In this document: positions 24,912 through 38,684 of the stretch, piece by piece | How positions within the stretch are numbered: the first letter of the stretch is position 1 | How the letters are laid out: each line of letters starts with the position of its first letter | Made by a program: the position numbers and the translations under genes | The notes under the pieces: model-generated | Databases searched by the model: none | Told to the model about the DNA's origin: nothing | Seen by the model: only the letters and a program-made list of their open reading frames with translations | NCBI RefSeq assembly: GCF_000143415.4 | Contig: NW_003314266.1 | Span: forward strand, 3,604,398 to 3,668,397 | Reading direction: 5' to 3' | DNA: 64,000 nucleotides | From: Selaginella moellendorffii | Taxonomy: Eukaryota; Plantae; Lycopodiophyta

Positions 24912-24982
24912 GCACTGCTGGTCTAGTGGTAGAATAGTTCCCTGCCACGGAACAGACCCGGGTTCGATTCCCGGGCAGTGCA
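24912..24982 (+). tRNA. trnG-GCC: tRNA-Gly(GCC)
   Basis: GCACTGC/GCAGTGC acceptor stem, GTTCC-ctGCCac-GGAAC anticodon arm, GGTTCGATTCC; T-run terminator at about 24991-24999. Confidence 0.95.
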
Positions 24983-25046
24983 TAGATTGCTTTCTTTTTA
25001 ATTTATGTTTTTCCCTAATTAGGTCAGTTGGAATCGTCGATTTGCC

Positions 25047-26292
<1,246 letters not shown>

Positions 26293-27257
26293 CCCCTCCT
26301 CCTTTTGTTGGTTGGATCTGGCGAAAGCTTTCAAGGAATCAATCCCAAAAGCGAGAAGAAACTTGTTGGAAAGGTGTGTTCCAGGACAGAGAACGAAAAA
26401 AAATACTTCCTTGAAGCTTTAAAAAATTGTCTAGTGGTGGCCACAATCCTTGGATCCAACAAGCGCAGCCCACTATGAGCTCGCATCATTGGCAAGAAGG
26501 ACGAGTGTGAATTCCATCCAGCTGTGGCTTTCCTCCATTTTTTATTTATGCCGCTCTATGAAAGGAGCGTCTCTCCAAAGATTTGGACACAATCCATGGC
26601 TGGATCTTCGTTTTCTAAGCTTTCCACTTCTATGTTTGTGATGGTGAAGTTAAAAGGGGTCCAATTTAAATTTAAATTCTAGAAAGCGCGGGAATTAGGG
26701 CTTGGGGTTTGTAGGGCGATGGCGATCGTCGCGCTGCCGGCCCGCATTCCACCAGATGGAGTCCCCTGCGGTAAGTCGCGGAAGAGGAATCTCGAATTCC
26801 AGTCCATGGCGCAGGTCGGTCGGTCGCGCGGATCAAATTGGCCAGTCTATGGGGATGAACAGGAGTCGCGACTAAGAACTAAGAGGAAACGACAAGTAAG
26901 CGCGTTTATTCTCACCCAAAGCAAAGAAAAATACGTTTTTTTGTTTCCCTGTTGGTGTAGAAGCGTTGAATCTGCTGTGCCGTTCGAGAGGGTTATGTCA
27001 TTGCCTCGTCTCCTTCGGAAGAAACGATGCTTGGAGTGCGCAAAAAAAGCGTTTTTTCTTCTTTCGTTCCACCAGTTTCAAAGAAAGGAAAGCAAAGAAT
27101 TCCAGGTGAGCTTTTGACAAACAGCTACAGGGATTAGTAAGCAAGATTCCATCCATCCGGCTGGAAGAAGAAAAGGAGGAGACGCGGAGGACGAGAAGGG
27201 AAACTGGATAATTGGCGGCAGTGGAACAAGTAACTCTGGTGTCAGATTTTTCCGAGG

Positions 27258-29222
27258 ATGAGTCTAGAGGATAGTAACAGCAGGCACAGGCTCCAGGATG
27301 ACTACATAATTGGTCCAGTTTTGGGGTATGGAGGATTCTCGGTGGTGAGGAAGGGAGTTCACAAGGAAGATGGTACTGAAGTTGCCATAAAGACTTTGAG
27401 GAAGCAAGGCTTTGGCTATGGTGACAAGAAGAATGGTGGAAGGCCTTTGGCAGGGGCTACTAAGCGAGGCAGGGGTTCTAGAGGCAGGAAGAGCACGGCA
27501 GGGCCAACGCAGGACAGCTTAATTTCCGAGGCACTGGTCGCGAATGAGATCATAGTAATGCAAAGGATTGTGGAGAATGTGTCACCGCATCCAAACATCG
27601 TCCACTTACACGACGTTTACGAGGACGAAGCAGGCGTGCATTTGGTGCTGGAGCTTTGCTCCGGAGGGGAGCTGTTTGACAGGATAGTTGCTCAAGAGAA
27701 GTACTCGGAAGCTCAGGCGGCTAAAGTTGTCAAGGAGCTCGCGACTGGATTGTGTAGCCTTCATGATGCTGGGATCGTCCACAGGGATCTCAAGCCGGAG
27801 AATTGCCTCTTCCTGACCCCGGAAGAGGATAACCATCTTAAGATCATGGACTTTGGTTTGAGCCAGATTGATGGAGCAACGAGTCCGATCGTTGGAATGT
27901 TTGGATCAGTTGACTACGTTGCTCCAGAGACTTTATCGCATCGAGACGTGCTTCCTGCGAGTGATATGTGGTCCTTGGGGGTGATTCTCTACATCCTTCT
28001 GTGCGGGTAACCATGCAAACTTTCATTTTTCTTCAACCTTGTGTAATCGTGTTATCTTCTTTCTTTGGGTTAACCAGGTATCCACCATTTCATGGAACAA
28101 GTAACAAAGAGAAGCTGGACCTCATTCTTGCGGTAGGCATTGACTGCCTTTGCTAATAAATCTAAGCTTTCTTCCTTCCAGGGTGATGTGAATTTTGAAG
28201 AGTACACTTGGAAAACTATTTCCAGCCATGCCAAGCAGCTCATACGTGACTTACTGGCTGTCGATCCGCATCGAAGGCCGTCAGCCAAGGCGGTAATGCT
28301 TTATATGCTGCCTTTTTCTCTTGTTTGAGCCTCTTCCTGCTGAGAATCGAAAAGTGTTTGTGCAGCTGGTTTCAGATCCATGGGTGCGAGGAGACATTGC
28401 AAAGCAAGACCGTCTACCCGAAGAAGTCATACGCCAGCTACACTTCTTCAATGCTCGTCGAAAGTTTCGAGCAGCAGCTTTTGCTAGCATCGTCAGCAAC
28501 AAGTTCTTACACCTTACCAAGAACTTGAAGAGCCTGGTCGGTTCACGGTCTCTCAGCGGTGACGAGCTCCAGGATCTCGTCAGCCACTTCAAAAAGCTGT
28601 AAGATAGACTCATCCTGGAGCGCTGGTAATTACTCTACTGATATGACTGCTTGACAGCTCCACAAACGGCGTGGACGTCGCACTGGGTGAATTCGAAGCG
28701 GTTCTGGAGGCAATGAAGATGAGGTCCTTGCTTCCTCTGGCACCTCGCATTTTCGACCTGTTCGATCACAACAGGGACGGCGCGGTCGACATGCGTGAGA
28801 TCGTCTGCGGCTTCACGTCACTCAAGCAGTCTCACGGGGACGAAGCTCTCAAACTCTGCTTTCAAGTAAGATTTTCTTTCGTTCTTCCTTTTTTTCTTTC
28901 CGAGCGACACTAGAAATTCTCTCAAACTCGGTCGTAGATGTATGACTCGGACGGCTCTGGCTACATTTCCAAAGACGAACTGGCATCGATGTTGAGAGTA
29001 AGCACAACTTAGAGCTCTTTAAACCTTACTCGCTTCTATCTTTTCCAGGCTCTTCCGGAAGAATGCTTGCCGGGGGACATCACCGAGCCAGGGAAGCTGG
29101 ACGAGATGTTTGATCGAATGGATGCTAACAGCGATGGTCGGGTAAGCTTTGACGAGTTCAAGGACGCAATCCAGATGAACAGCTTCCTAAGGGAGGCCGT
29201 GCTCTTTCCTTTGCGTGCGTAG
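27258..29222 (+). CDS. CCaMK: Calcium- and calmodulin-dependent protein kinase (CCaMK/DMI3), about 7 exons
   Basis: ALVANEIIVMQRIVENVSPHPNIV, HRDLKPENCLF, MDFGLS, CaM-binding FNARRKFRAAA, and three EF hands (DHNRDGAVDMRE, DSDGSGYISKDE, DANSDGRVSFDE). Confidence 0.93.
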
Positions 29223-29747
29223 AAGAAATCATATCTCTTTGCAAGAGATTTTTATATCCTGCAGCTTTTTGTGAAGATCCCACTCAATATAAAATACCGA
29301 GTGAAAAGCTCTCCTTTAAAATCTTTCTCCAGGGAAATCAAAATCCGGGACGGTAAAGAAGCAAAGATAAAAGCTTAGAAAACTCGTCCCAGGATGATAT
29401 CTTTCTTTGTACTTGGCGTAAAGAAGTTTTGTCCCGCTTTTGTTTCGTCCTGATCTTCTTCGTACTGGGCACTGCAAATGCCTGGCGTGGGCATTTGCTG
29501 CTCAGCTGCTTTAAAACGTTCTAAAACCTACAATTTTTTCCTTTTTTTTTCTTTTCTTGTGGATCCATTGTCACACTCGCCTGAGTTGACGTTGCAAAGA
29601 TTGCAAACATCAGCACTTCCACATGGAGCTAGAAAATGTGATGCTTTGATACCAAATTCGCGATGTTTGTATTACACCTCTCTCTTTTTCTCAGTAGCGT
29701 AAAGGCTGGGCACGTCTGTTGGGGTCAGCCAAGTTGTATTCTCATAC

Positions 29748-30317
29748 GTACGCGTACTGTAGAGCGACAATCGAGTAGGATTGGATCGGCACAACTTGGC
29801 GATGCGGGAGGAATTTCAGTGTCATGTGTCAATCCTAGAAAAAAAGCCAGCTAAGTTGTCCGCCAACTTTTATAAGCAGGGGCTCCAGCGCAAAAAAGGT
29901 GGCAAAACAAGGTTGTATATGTTGCAGCAGCCTGCCTAGCTAGATCCTCTCATGTGATGCTCGACAACGAAATCTCGGTCAAGAACAGCAGACTTTCCGA
30001 AGAAAAAACTCTCTGGGAAATTTCGGGCGGTGGTGGAGCGCCGAAAGTGACGCATTTCACGTTCAACCCCCAGACAAGTTGCGTAGAAACCGTACCAGCC
30101 CTAATATTCCAGGGGATATACGCGCACATGATCGTACTTTGGCCTTCACGAGCGTACGGTACGTCTCGCGGGACTGTTTTCGTACAGGGAGAGTTCGTGA
30201 AGTTCATAATGAGACGCCACCACCGCATGGATCGTATCGTCTCGACCAATTAGGGCTCCTGGCAGCTGGAGTGGGTGTTTCTAGATTCGGTATTTTTCAT
30301 TCGTACCAAGTACGTAC
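29748..30317. promoter_or_regulatory. Cluster of GTAC (mostly CGTAC) motifs; candidate SPL/SBP-box binding module
   Basis: GTAC at 29748, 29754, 30092, 30134, 30154, 30159, 30182, 30303, 30310 and 30314. Confidence 0.4.
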
Positions 30318-32307
30318 GACGGGAAAGAGAAGCACCGAAGCTAACACCAAAGCTTCTTCTGGGTTTTTGGACGATCTGCGAAATCTCTCACGAGAAGACC
30401 TGTATTTAATTGTAATTGCCCAACGTTGGGATTCCAAGGGTGACGACGGTGGAGACTTGTTCGTCTGCCCCGGAATTTATGGCCCCTGCGGCTGCGGGGA
30501 TACAAAGTCGCGATTTTCCTGCGACCATGTAGAAGATTTCAGGAACAAGAGACAGGATATTCGCGGTAATCTTCTTCGTGGCCGGGAAGATGCCAAATTC
30601 CCCATTTCCATCCATTGTGAGCTAACTCCATGAGTGTTCACGCCTCTCAATGCAAATGCCTGCCAGTACGCGGGCCGAGTACTTGAATCCGCTCAGGAAT
30701 CAAGCGAGAGTCGTGCTCCAAGGTCCCTGTCCTCTCTCTCTCTCTCCCAATCCATCTTTCTTTTACTCGTCTCCTTTCTTTCGCGAACAACAAAACGCTT
30801 GTGTTTGTTCCAAGGCTTTGCATTGTTCGTCGGGCTTGCGCAGTGAGGCAGCAGCAGCAGCAGGGCTTATTTTTGCTCCCCCCCTCTCTCTCTCGAATTC
30901 CGGATTCGTGATTTCTGAGCGGCTCAAGGAAGGGATTCATTCGCCCACGCCCACACACGGGTGTGTGCATGACAGCCGGGGTAGCAAACAGCCTTGAAAA
31001 AAGCATCAGGGCATGGCTTCGAGCGTTACTGCACGTGGGCTTCTGCGTATAATCGCACCCGGCACAGCCCACAAGGCGAAACCATCGCGACCGTCGGATT
31101 CCCAGCAAATACCGCAGCACGGCAAATGCTGCTCGTTGAAGATTTGCGTGCAACAAAGCGGATTCCGAGCACGGCAGACTGGGCGCGCCTGTGAGAGCAG
31201 GGCTTGGAAATCTAGTCCTTGTTTTGTAAGGTTTGGGATGGAGAAACAGTACTGGAGTTTGCATTTGCCAGGTTCAGGCATCTGTGGATGGATAAAGCGG
31301 TTTCTCTTTGTCTTTAGCGGCGGTGTCACGGATTTGTTCTTGCTTTTGTCAGAAAGAGGAATCAAAAATCGTTCAAACACTTGATTTGAAATCGCAGCGA
31401 GCGAGAGGAAAGATTGATGCTCGCGGAATTCTTCGCAATTGGTGTCCAATCTCGTACCATAACTTTGGCGGTTGGGTTGCTGGGTGGCTGTGCAGGCTAA
31501 AAAAGTAAAAGCAGCCGCGTTTTCTCCCCCATTTTTCCTTGTCCTTTTTTCTCTCCATTCGATCAACTCCAAGCCGACAGCTTGTCGATCGATCGATCAT
31601 AATCGACCCATTCGCCCTCCGTTGGGACTTAGATATCAATCTGCCTCACCTCCACACTCTGGTCCTGGACGATTATGTCCTACACAAAGAAAGCCTTTCA
31701 CTTTGACCACGTATAAAAATCAAATCTCAATCAAAGGCCAAAGAAAGGAACCCAAACAAGACAAAACAACCAAGGAATGAGCAAAACACCAACATGTGTT
31801 GGTATCAAGCTGATGCAGACGGAGCTTGTCGACGATTTCACGCGAAAGAAAGCCGAAAATCCCAAGTGATTAGTCCCCAAATCTTTGAGGTAATCGATCC
31901 CTATCAAGATGCCCAAGAAGGGCATTTGCTGTCGCCATAAGCGTGCTTAGTCCCAAGGAATGCGGCCAGAGCGCAGGCGGTGACAGGGGGCAGGAGCAGA
32001 CGTTAGAATCCCACCACTGCCATTTTTTGGACCAACGAGTACCGACAAGCTTCACGCTCGCTAATTAATCCGGTCACAAAGACGCCATTAATTAGCAATA
32101 ATCAATGGCGACAATGAGGAAAACTTGGGCATTGTTTTTCTTCCCATCACTGTTTCTAGGATTCTTGGAGACGAGCAGGAAGAGAGGTTCTTTTACTCAC
32201 AGCTTAGAGAGGTTTTTCTCCTTTTTTTTTGGCTAGAAAGATCACAAGCTAGAGTTGGAAATGGATCGTCTTGCAGCTTAGAAACTGTTCATGGGTTTCC
32301 ACAGATT

Positions 32308-32346
32308 CTTCTTCTTCTTCTTCTTCTTCTTCTCCTTCTTCTTCTT
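32308..32346. repeat. (CTT)n microsatellite
   Basis: cttcttcttcttcttcttcttct... with one interruption. Confidence 0.9.
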
Positions 32347-33309
32347 GAGATGAATTCCTCCTCCTTGCACCCTCACGGATTGATGAACAGGAGCTAGAGT
32401 TTTGCTGGATCGATCCATCGAAGAGAGAGGGAGCGGAGCTTAGCGATGGTGGTGCTGTTTGCAGCAAATGGAGATGGATCCAGGAGGAGCTGCTCGTCCT
32501 CGCCCTGTGGATCATGATAGCGTGATCGATGATCGCAGTACGCTGCCTTGGGAAATGGAGATGGTGATTATAAGTCCATGGATAGAGGATGATAGATTTC
32601 CATAGCCTGGATAGTACCTATAGCGGTAACTTGTAGCAAGGAAGAACTGGAAGGGAGGAGATCATTCGCTCATAGCTAGACAGACATAAGTTCTTCTCTT
32701 TCTTTCTTTTTTTCTCTCTCTCTTTTTTCCTCCTCCTCAGTAGCAGCAGTGAGTGTAGCAGCAGTGAGAGCGAGCAGCGCTTTGTCCAGGCCCAAATTCA
32801 TCGCTGCGACCGTGGGGCATTCTTGTGTCATGCTGCGGTCACTTGGTACTCACTCACAGCATTGACATCGATCGATCGCGCGGATCACTTCACTTACTGC
32901 TACTTCGTTGTTGGTTCTTCTAAGTTCTTCTCCTCCTCTCTTCTTTCTCGCTATAAGAACTTTTCCTCCTTCATCCAGTCCATGGCCGGCGCTCGTCCTT
33001 CTCTTTCTCTCTTCGGCATCGTCCCACCAGTGGAAGCTTCCAAGATCTTCCACGAGGAGCTTAGTTTGAACAGTGGTATATAGTAGCATAGAGAATTTTA
33101 TAAACTTTGGCGCAGCCAGGAGGAGAAGAGAGCGAGAGAAAGAATCGCTGGATGATCCGGCCGGAATGATCAGGAATTCTGGGTGGTAAGCAAAACAAAG
33201 GAGAGATCTTTGGGTGGTTCTTTCTCTTGGGTTTCATCGACCATCACCATCATCGAGAGAGAGAGTGAGAGATAGACATATCGATCGAGGAGTGAGGGAA
33301 AGAAAGAGG

Positions 33310-33526
33310 ATGAATCCGTCCAGGTTTCCAGCGGCATTTCCATTCCAGCAGATGCTCGAGCTCCACCACCAGCACCAGCAACAGCAGCAGCAGCAGCAGC
33401 AAGAAATTCCTCCACACCAGCACTCCGAGGACGAAGATAACAGCAGCAGTGGGAACAAGGAGCTAGAACATCCACACCACCACCACCTCCACCACCAGAT
33501 TCACCACCACCACCAGCAACAGCAGC

Positions 33527-33557
<31 letters not shown>

Positions 33558-34503
33558 TCAGCACCAGCAAAGCCCGCAAGCCCAGAAATCTCCCGGCGGA
33601 GGTGGCGGAGGTGGCGGCGGTGGCGGTGCTGGATCCGGCGGTGAGGTGGTCGCCCCCGTCCGCAAGCCGCGAGGCCGCCCGCCGGGATCCAAGAACAAGC
33701 CCAAGCCGCCCATCATCATCACGCGCGACACGGGCTCCGGGATGCGCCCCCACGTCCTGGAGATCGCGCCCAACACCGACATCGTGGACGCCATCGCCAC
33801 CTTCGCCCGCAAGCGCCAGCGCGCGCTGTGCGTCCTCTCGGCGCGTGGCACCGTCTCAAACCTAACGCTCCTCCGCCACTCCCCCGCCTCCTCCACCGCC
33901 TCCGCGCCGCCCTCCTCGCCGCCATCCTCCTCCGCCGCATCCACCGGCGCCACTCCCTCCTCCTCCCGCGCCGCCGCCGCCGCCACCTCCACGGTCTCCT
34001 TCCAAGGCCGCTTCGAGCTCATCTCCCTCTCCGGGGCATTCCTCCAGCAGCAAATGCCCAGCGCGGGCATCTTGGGGGCATATTCCGGGCTAGCGGTGTC
34101 CGTGGCCGGGGGACCGCAAGGACAGGTCCTCGGTGGAAATGTGGCCGGTCCTCTGGTGTCGGCCTCTCCAGTGATGGTCATCGCCGCCTCCTTCGTCGGC
34201 CCAGCGTTCGATCGCCTGCCACTGGACGATCAAGATGGCGAGATTCCGGAAGAACAGCCAGCCGCGGGGGCGGCGGCAAATCCCAGTCCCAATTCCACTT
34301 CCGGCCAGTTGGGTCTGCCGCAGCACGGGAATTCGTCGCCCCCATCGATCCCGATCCACCAGCTGATGAACGATCCATTTGGGCTGGCGGCGGCGGCGGC
34401 GGCGGCGCACCACCACCACCACCACCACCAGATCCCGCCGCCGGAATTGCTGGCTTCTTGGGCGGCCGCCGCTGCCGCTGGAGCTACCAGGCCGCCAATG
34501 TGA
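33310..34503 (+). CDS. AT-hook motif nuclear-localized (AHL) protein, intronless clade A type
   Basis: RKPRGRPPGSKNKPK AT-hook plus PPC domain (HVLEIAP, GRFELISLSG, GGNVAGPLVSASPVMVIAASF); polyQ/H/G tracts. Confidence 0.95.
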
Positions 34504-35355
34504 TCGCCATCGCCGCCAAGAGGTTCTTCTCTCTTCCCTCTCTCTTTTGCTACTTGGAAAGAACAGTGTTCTTGGTGGATTGGATGGAGAATTGGTCTCT
34601 CTCTTGTTCCTCGTCGTGGAGGTGAGATTTTTCTTTCGTGGGATAGGATGATCGTCGTCAGCATTTCGATTGCATCGAATTTTTTTTTGGGGTTTGGTCG
34701 CGGTGATTTCTCCACCGCCAATGCTCATACGATTTCTGTCATATAGAGGAGAAACAAACATATATGGAGCTCTGGCAATTCATTTATGTATCATGCGCAA
34801 TGGTTCGTGTTCACGATCATCAAAAGAAGCTTTTTTTTTTTGTTGATTTCAAAGCTTTTCCTTTTGCTGTAGATTCATGGAGTAGATTCATGGAGTGAGC
34901 GGCGGCAACGCTGGAACAAAACGTAAGTAAGCAGGAATCCTGGCCGACAAACTAAGAAAACTCACTGTTTTGTTTGCATTGGAGTTTGCGATGGCACGTT
35001 TCCACGACCCGAGTGTGTTTAGTCCGTGTCTCTTCCAGTCCTGCCCAACAAACACAAACAGCAAGCGTGCGTGATTAAATCGAAGAAGCAGCCACGCTTT
35101 GCTTTGACTGATCCGATCGATGAAACTAAGTGATAATAAAAAGGAAAGAAACTCACCTAGGTAGCCACCGGCGGACACGCTATACGTTTTTGCTATACTG
35201 ATCCGGTGCTCGCGAGCGGGTCCTTGAGTCCGTATATAAAAGCTCGAGCCATTGATTCAACCATCTCTTTCTCACTGCGCGAAAGAAAAGCCCACCAGGA
35301 AAGAATCAATCATGCATACACATTAAGGCACTCACAGGCTGCTGCTGAATCTCCC

Positions 35356-35383
35356 TGCTGCTGCTGCTGCTGCTGCTGCTGCT
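35356..35383. repeat. (CTG)n microsatellite
   Basis: About nine ctg units. Confidence 0.9.
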
Positions 35384-36644
35384 ACTGGGGCTGGCAATCT
35401 CTCCACTTCGTGGCCGGCTACATAGCCTTCCAAGAAGAGGAGGCTGGGGTCAAGGCAAAGACCAGGTCCACTTACAGCCAAGGTCTCTCTCCATTCCTTC
35501 ATTGATAGACTGCTTCTCTGGCCACCTTCCTGCGAGCACCTGCTATAGCTGCTATCTGTGAGGAACCTGCCAAAATGTCACCAAAGGAATCAGATCAGGC
35601 AAGGCAAAGGAGTGCTTCCTCTCCTCACTCTTCCAGGCTAGAAAAGGAGGGATCAGAAAGAGCGAACAAGGATTTTTACCATTTCTCGCTGTCCCGCCCC
35701 GGTCCTTGCCTTGCGCTCCGCTGCTCCGCTGCCTGTAATTACAAACTTCGTCCATTTGTCAACAACGTAGTAATCATCACTCACCACCCTGCTGACGGTG
35801 GAAAAAAAAAATGCTTATTTTTCTCCTTCCTTGCCTTTCGATATGAAGCAGTCACACGTTCTCATGATGTTGAGAAGCGACACCCGGCTTTGTCCATATT
35901 CATGGCCTGCCTCCAGCTTTATCTGCTTCGCAAAAGTAAAGATCAGATCCAGAAAAGCCTGGATATTCGAATACAAACGAAGTATGCAAGTCTTACCTCT
36001 CTATCCGGCTCATAGTCGTCCGTGGAATGATAGGGTGCTGATTCTGATGAGAGAGCTTCATAACCTCGGAACAACACGTAACAGACGCCATTACTACACA
36101 GCGGTTTGCAAGTAAAGTCAGTGATTGCGTTCATCACACCATGCCATTAAGCATAAACCGCGACGCCAGATCGAGGGGCCCCGAGGCGTTCCGACGACAT
36201 TTTTCTCACCAATGAGTACTTCCCTGGAGGAGCAAGAGAACTCCAAGGTGGCATACGCAGTCCATTGAATACTCGCACACTCTTGAGAGCTAACGGACTC
36301 ACGATCCAGCACAGGAGGATTGTGTGTACCTTCACATCACTCCCCACAGGCACTTTGCGGACAAGCTGCAGATGAAACACGGGAACGAGTCAGCAGTGGC
36401 AGCGAAAAAAAAAGGACTCGCACCTCAAAACTTTGAACCACGTTTTCTCAAAGGTGTAGCACGTGTGCTGACGCTCCTCGTCCCCCCGGTTTAAGCACTA
36501 AATCAAATCTCGTCCGTTAGCTTTCTGGAGAAACGCACACGCACAGCCTCGGCTTACCTAGGCTGACATGCGTACTCGAGCGCCTCCCAACTCTCGTGTT
36601 CATCCCTACACGTAGCTCGAACCTATAGATCTCTATACCTCTTA

Positions 36645-38123
36645 TCAGCCGGAACGATGAATGAAAGTCCCCGTATCATTCCAAGGGCGCTCGGAGTAAG
36701 ACTTCCCAATGATACTGCGCGCGGTGTTGACAGTACCGTCCTCGCACCTGTACTCGGGGAAGTACTCCGTGAAGGAACTGGTGCCGAGGTCATGCAGTCC
36801 ATTGAACAGAAACTCGTGGATGTAATGCTGCATGAAACGAAGGTTATTTGGCCCAGCGAAACAATTCACAGTACCTCGCATCGATCCTCTCCTAGAAGCC
36901 TTCTCAAGACAGGCCGTCCAGGATCCTGTAAAACAGGTGTTGGTCGATAGGAATCTCCGAAAAGCTCCATACCTTCGAAGCACGCCATGTCAAGTAACGG
37001 TGGTGAGCCACTTTGTTCCTACAAGTCGCATCGATATCGGTCTCACTTGTGGCAGCACCTATAATCCTTGTCCACGCCTGCGAGTTGGACCCAGTTCAAC
37101 ACCCAAACCATTGGCAATTCTATGATGCTTTACCATTATATAATCTTGAAACGCCAGATAGATAGCTTCGTCAACTTCCTTGTTGCTTTCGGGCTTTGAC
37201 CACAAAACGATCGGCGAAAAGAACTGCAACGATTCCCCAGTAAGTTTCTCACCCCATGGAAGCAGCTGCAGCCAGGTGCTACACGTTAAAGCATTGACAA
37301 AATCTTAGAAGCTTGTGAAATCACCTTGCTATGCTTTTTAACTAACGGCAGGAGCTCACTGTAGTACTTGTCCTTGTAAGCTTTGTCGGCTTCGACGTTA
37401 TACAGCGGATTTAAATCCCTATAGAAGCAGAGGGAAAAGCCTAGAATGAAAATGGAATGAAAACACAATCACGAAACATAGAGAACCTAACGAGGAAAAA
37501 GAAAGAACCTCCAAACCGCAAGAACTTACAAGACGAAAATGCTCCTAGACGACGAAGTGAAGAAATCCGCGCAGAAGATAGGCAGATCGAAGCAGGGCCT
37601 TGGAAAAATGGCCATGTTAAACACCTGCAAAGAACCAAGTTGATCACAAGCTATGTCTTCCTTGTTCTTCTTACCTGCATTGCCTCTCCACCATCAATAA
37701 CAGCCGAGCGAAGCATCCGGATTTTTTTCGACTGGTAAGCATGGCTCTTGATGACAGTTCTTCGATCTTCCGCGAGAATTTCCCCTACATGATTCTGGAA
37801 AAAAAGAAGAGAGAAATCCGAATGATACTCTAAATTTTTCCACCATACCTTGACAATCTCATCCGGCTCCACGAGCTGCTCGAACCGAGAGACGCTATCC
37901 ACCGCGAAATCCACGAACTTGTCATACAAAGCGGCTGCTCTTAGAAGAACAAGCCGCTGCCGCTGCCGAAAGACCTGGAATGATCGATTTCTACTCATCG
38001 ATTCTCCGAAGCAAATCCCATCTCTACCTTCAATCTCGCCGCGGCAAGGAAGATCCTTCGATCCGGAGGAAATGTAGCTCCCGGCTGGAAGAAGGCGGCA
38101 ACGTCCGGCGCGCGATGCTCCAT
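36645..38123 (-). CDS. HY2: Phytochromobilin:ferredoxin oxidoreductase (HY2), multi-exon
   Basis: FDLPIFCADFF, DLNPL, LPWGEKLTGESLQFFSP, HHRYLTWRASK|DPG, FLFNGLHDLGTSSFTEYFPEYRCEDGTV..RSIIGKSYSERPW. Confidence 0.9.
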
Positions 38124-38199
38124 AGCAACAAAACCCTAAACCTCTCGTTGTGGTAGAGCCCTAAAAAAGTAGAGTGGAAACGGAGGGGAGGAAGCGGCT

Positions 38200-38560
38200 A
38201 TGGCGACGGCAGCTCGTTCCATCGCTTCAAAGCTCGCGCGCCCGGCATCCTCGCCTCACCAGATCATCCCACGCCGGATGATGTCCGCGGGAGGTATGGG
38301 CAAAATCTTTGAGAACATCTAGAGCGAGCGGTTTGTTCGCTTTTCCAGGGCACGACGATGTGCACAGAGTGAATTGGTACCAGGCGCCGCTCAGCCCCAT
38401 GTCTTGGAAGGAGCACCAAGTAAGAAATCGTGATTTCCCCTTTCCATCGATCGATCGAGCCATTTCTTTTCTTTCCCCTTCTTAGATTGTGCTTGGAGTG
38501 ATCTTTGGATGGGGAGTTGTGGGCTACAGTGGATACAAGTTTTTCACCAGGAAGAAGTAA
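38200..38560 (+). CDS. Small mitochondrial single-pass membrane protein, 3 exons (resembles a plant complex I accessory subunit)
   Basis: MATAARSIASKLARPASSPHQIIPRRMMSAG|GHDDVHRVNWYQAPLSPMSWKEHQ|IVLGVIFGWGVVGYSGYKFFTRKK*: presequence-like N-terminus, one TM helix, in-frame GT-AG joins. Missed by the ORF track. Confidence 0.7.
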
Positions 38561-38684
38561 GCTTTGTGGAGGTGGAGTTTGGAGTTTGGAGTTTCTTTTT
38601 TTCTTCTCTCTTTGTTCCATCTCTTTGAGAATAACGAGTGGACATGAAACTCTGGAGAACGAAGAACTCCAAGAGCTTTTTCGT

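Noticed and set aside
29300-33200. ORFs of 100-205 aa and possible miRNA hairpins (e.g. 32738-32905, 29473-29498)
   Set aside because: No recognisable domains, no match to conserved miRNAs that I could see, and pairing is short or partial.
33170-34761. Many overlapping and antisense ORFs over the AHL gene
   Set aside because: Shadow frames of GC-rich, triplet-repeat coding sequence.
35940-36640. Splice-site-bounded segments downstream of the HY2 stop
   Set aside because: Could not be joined into an open frame or assigned to a family.
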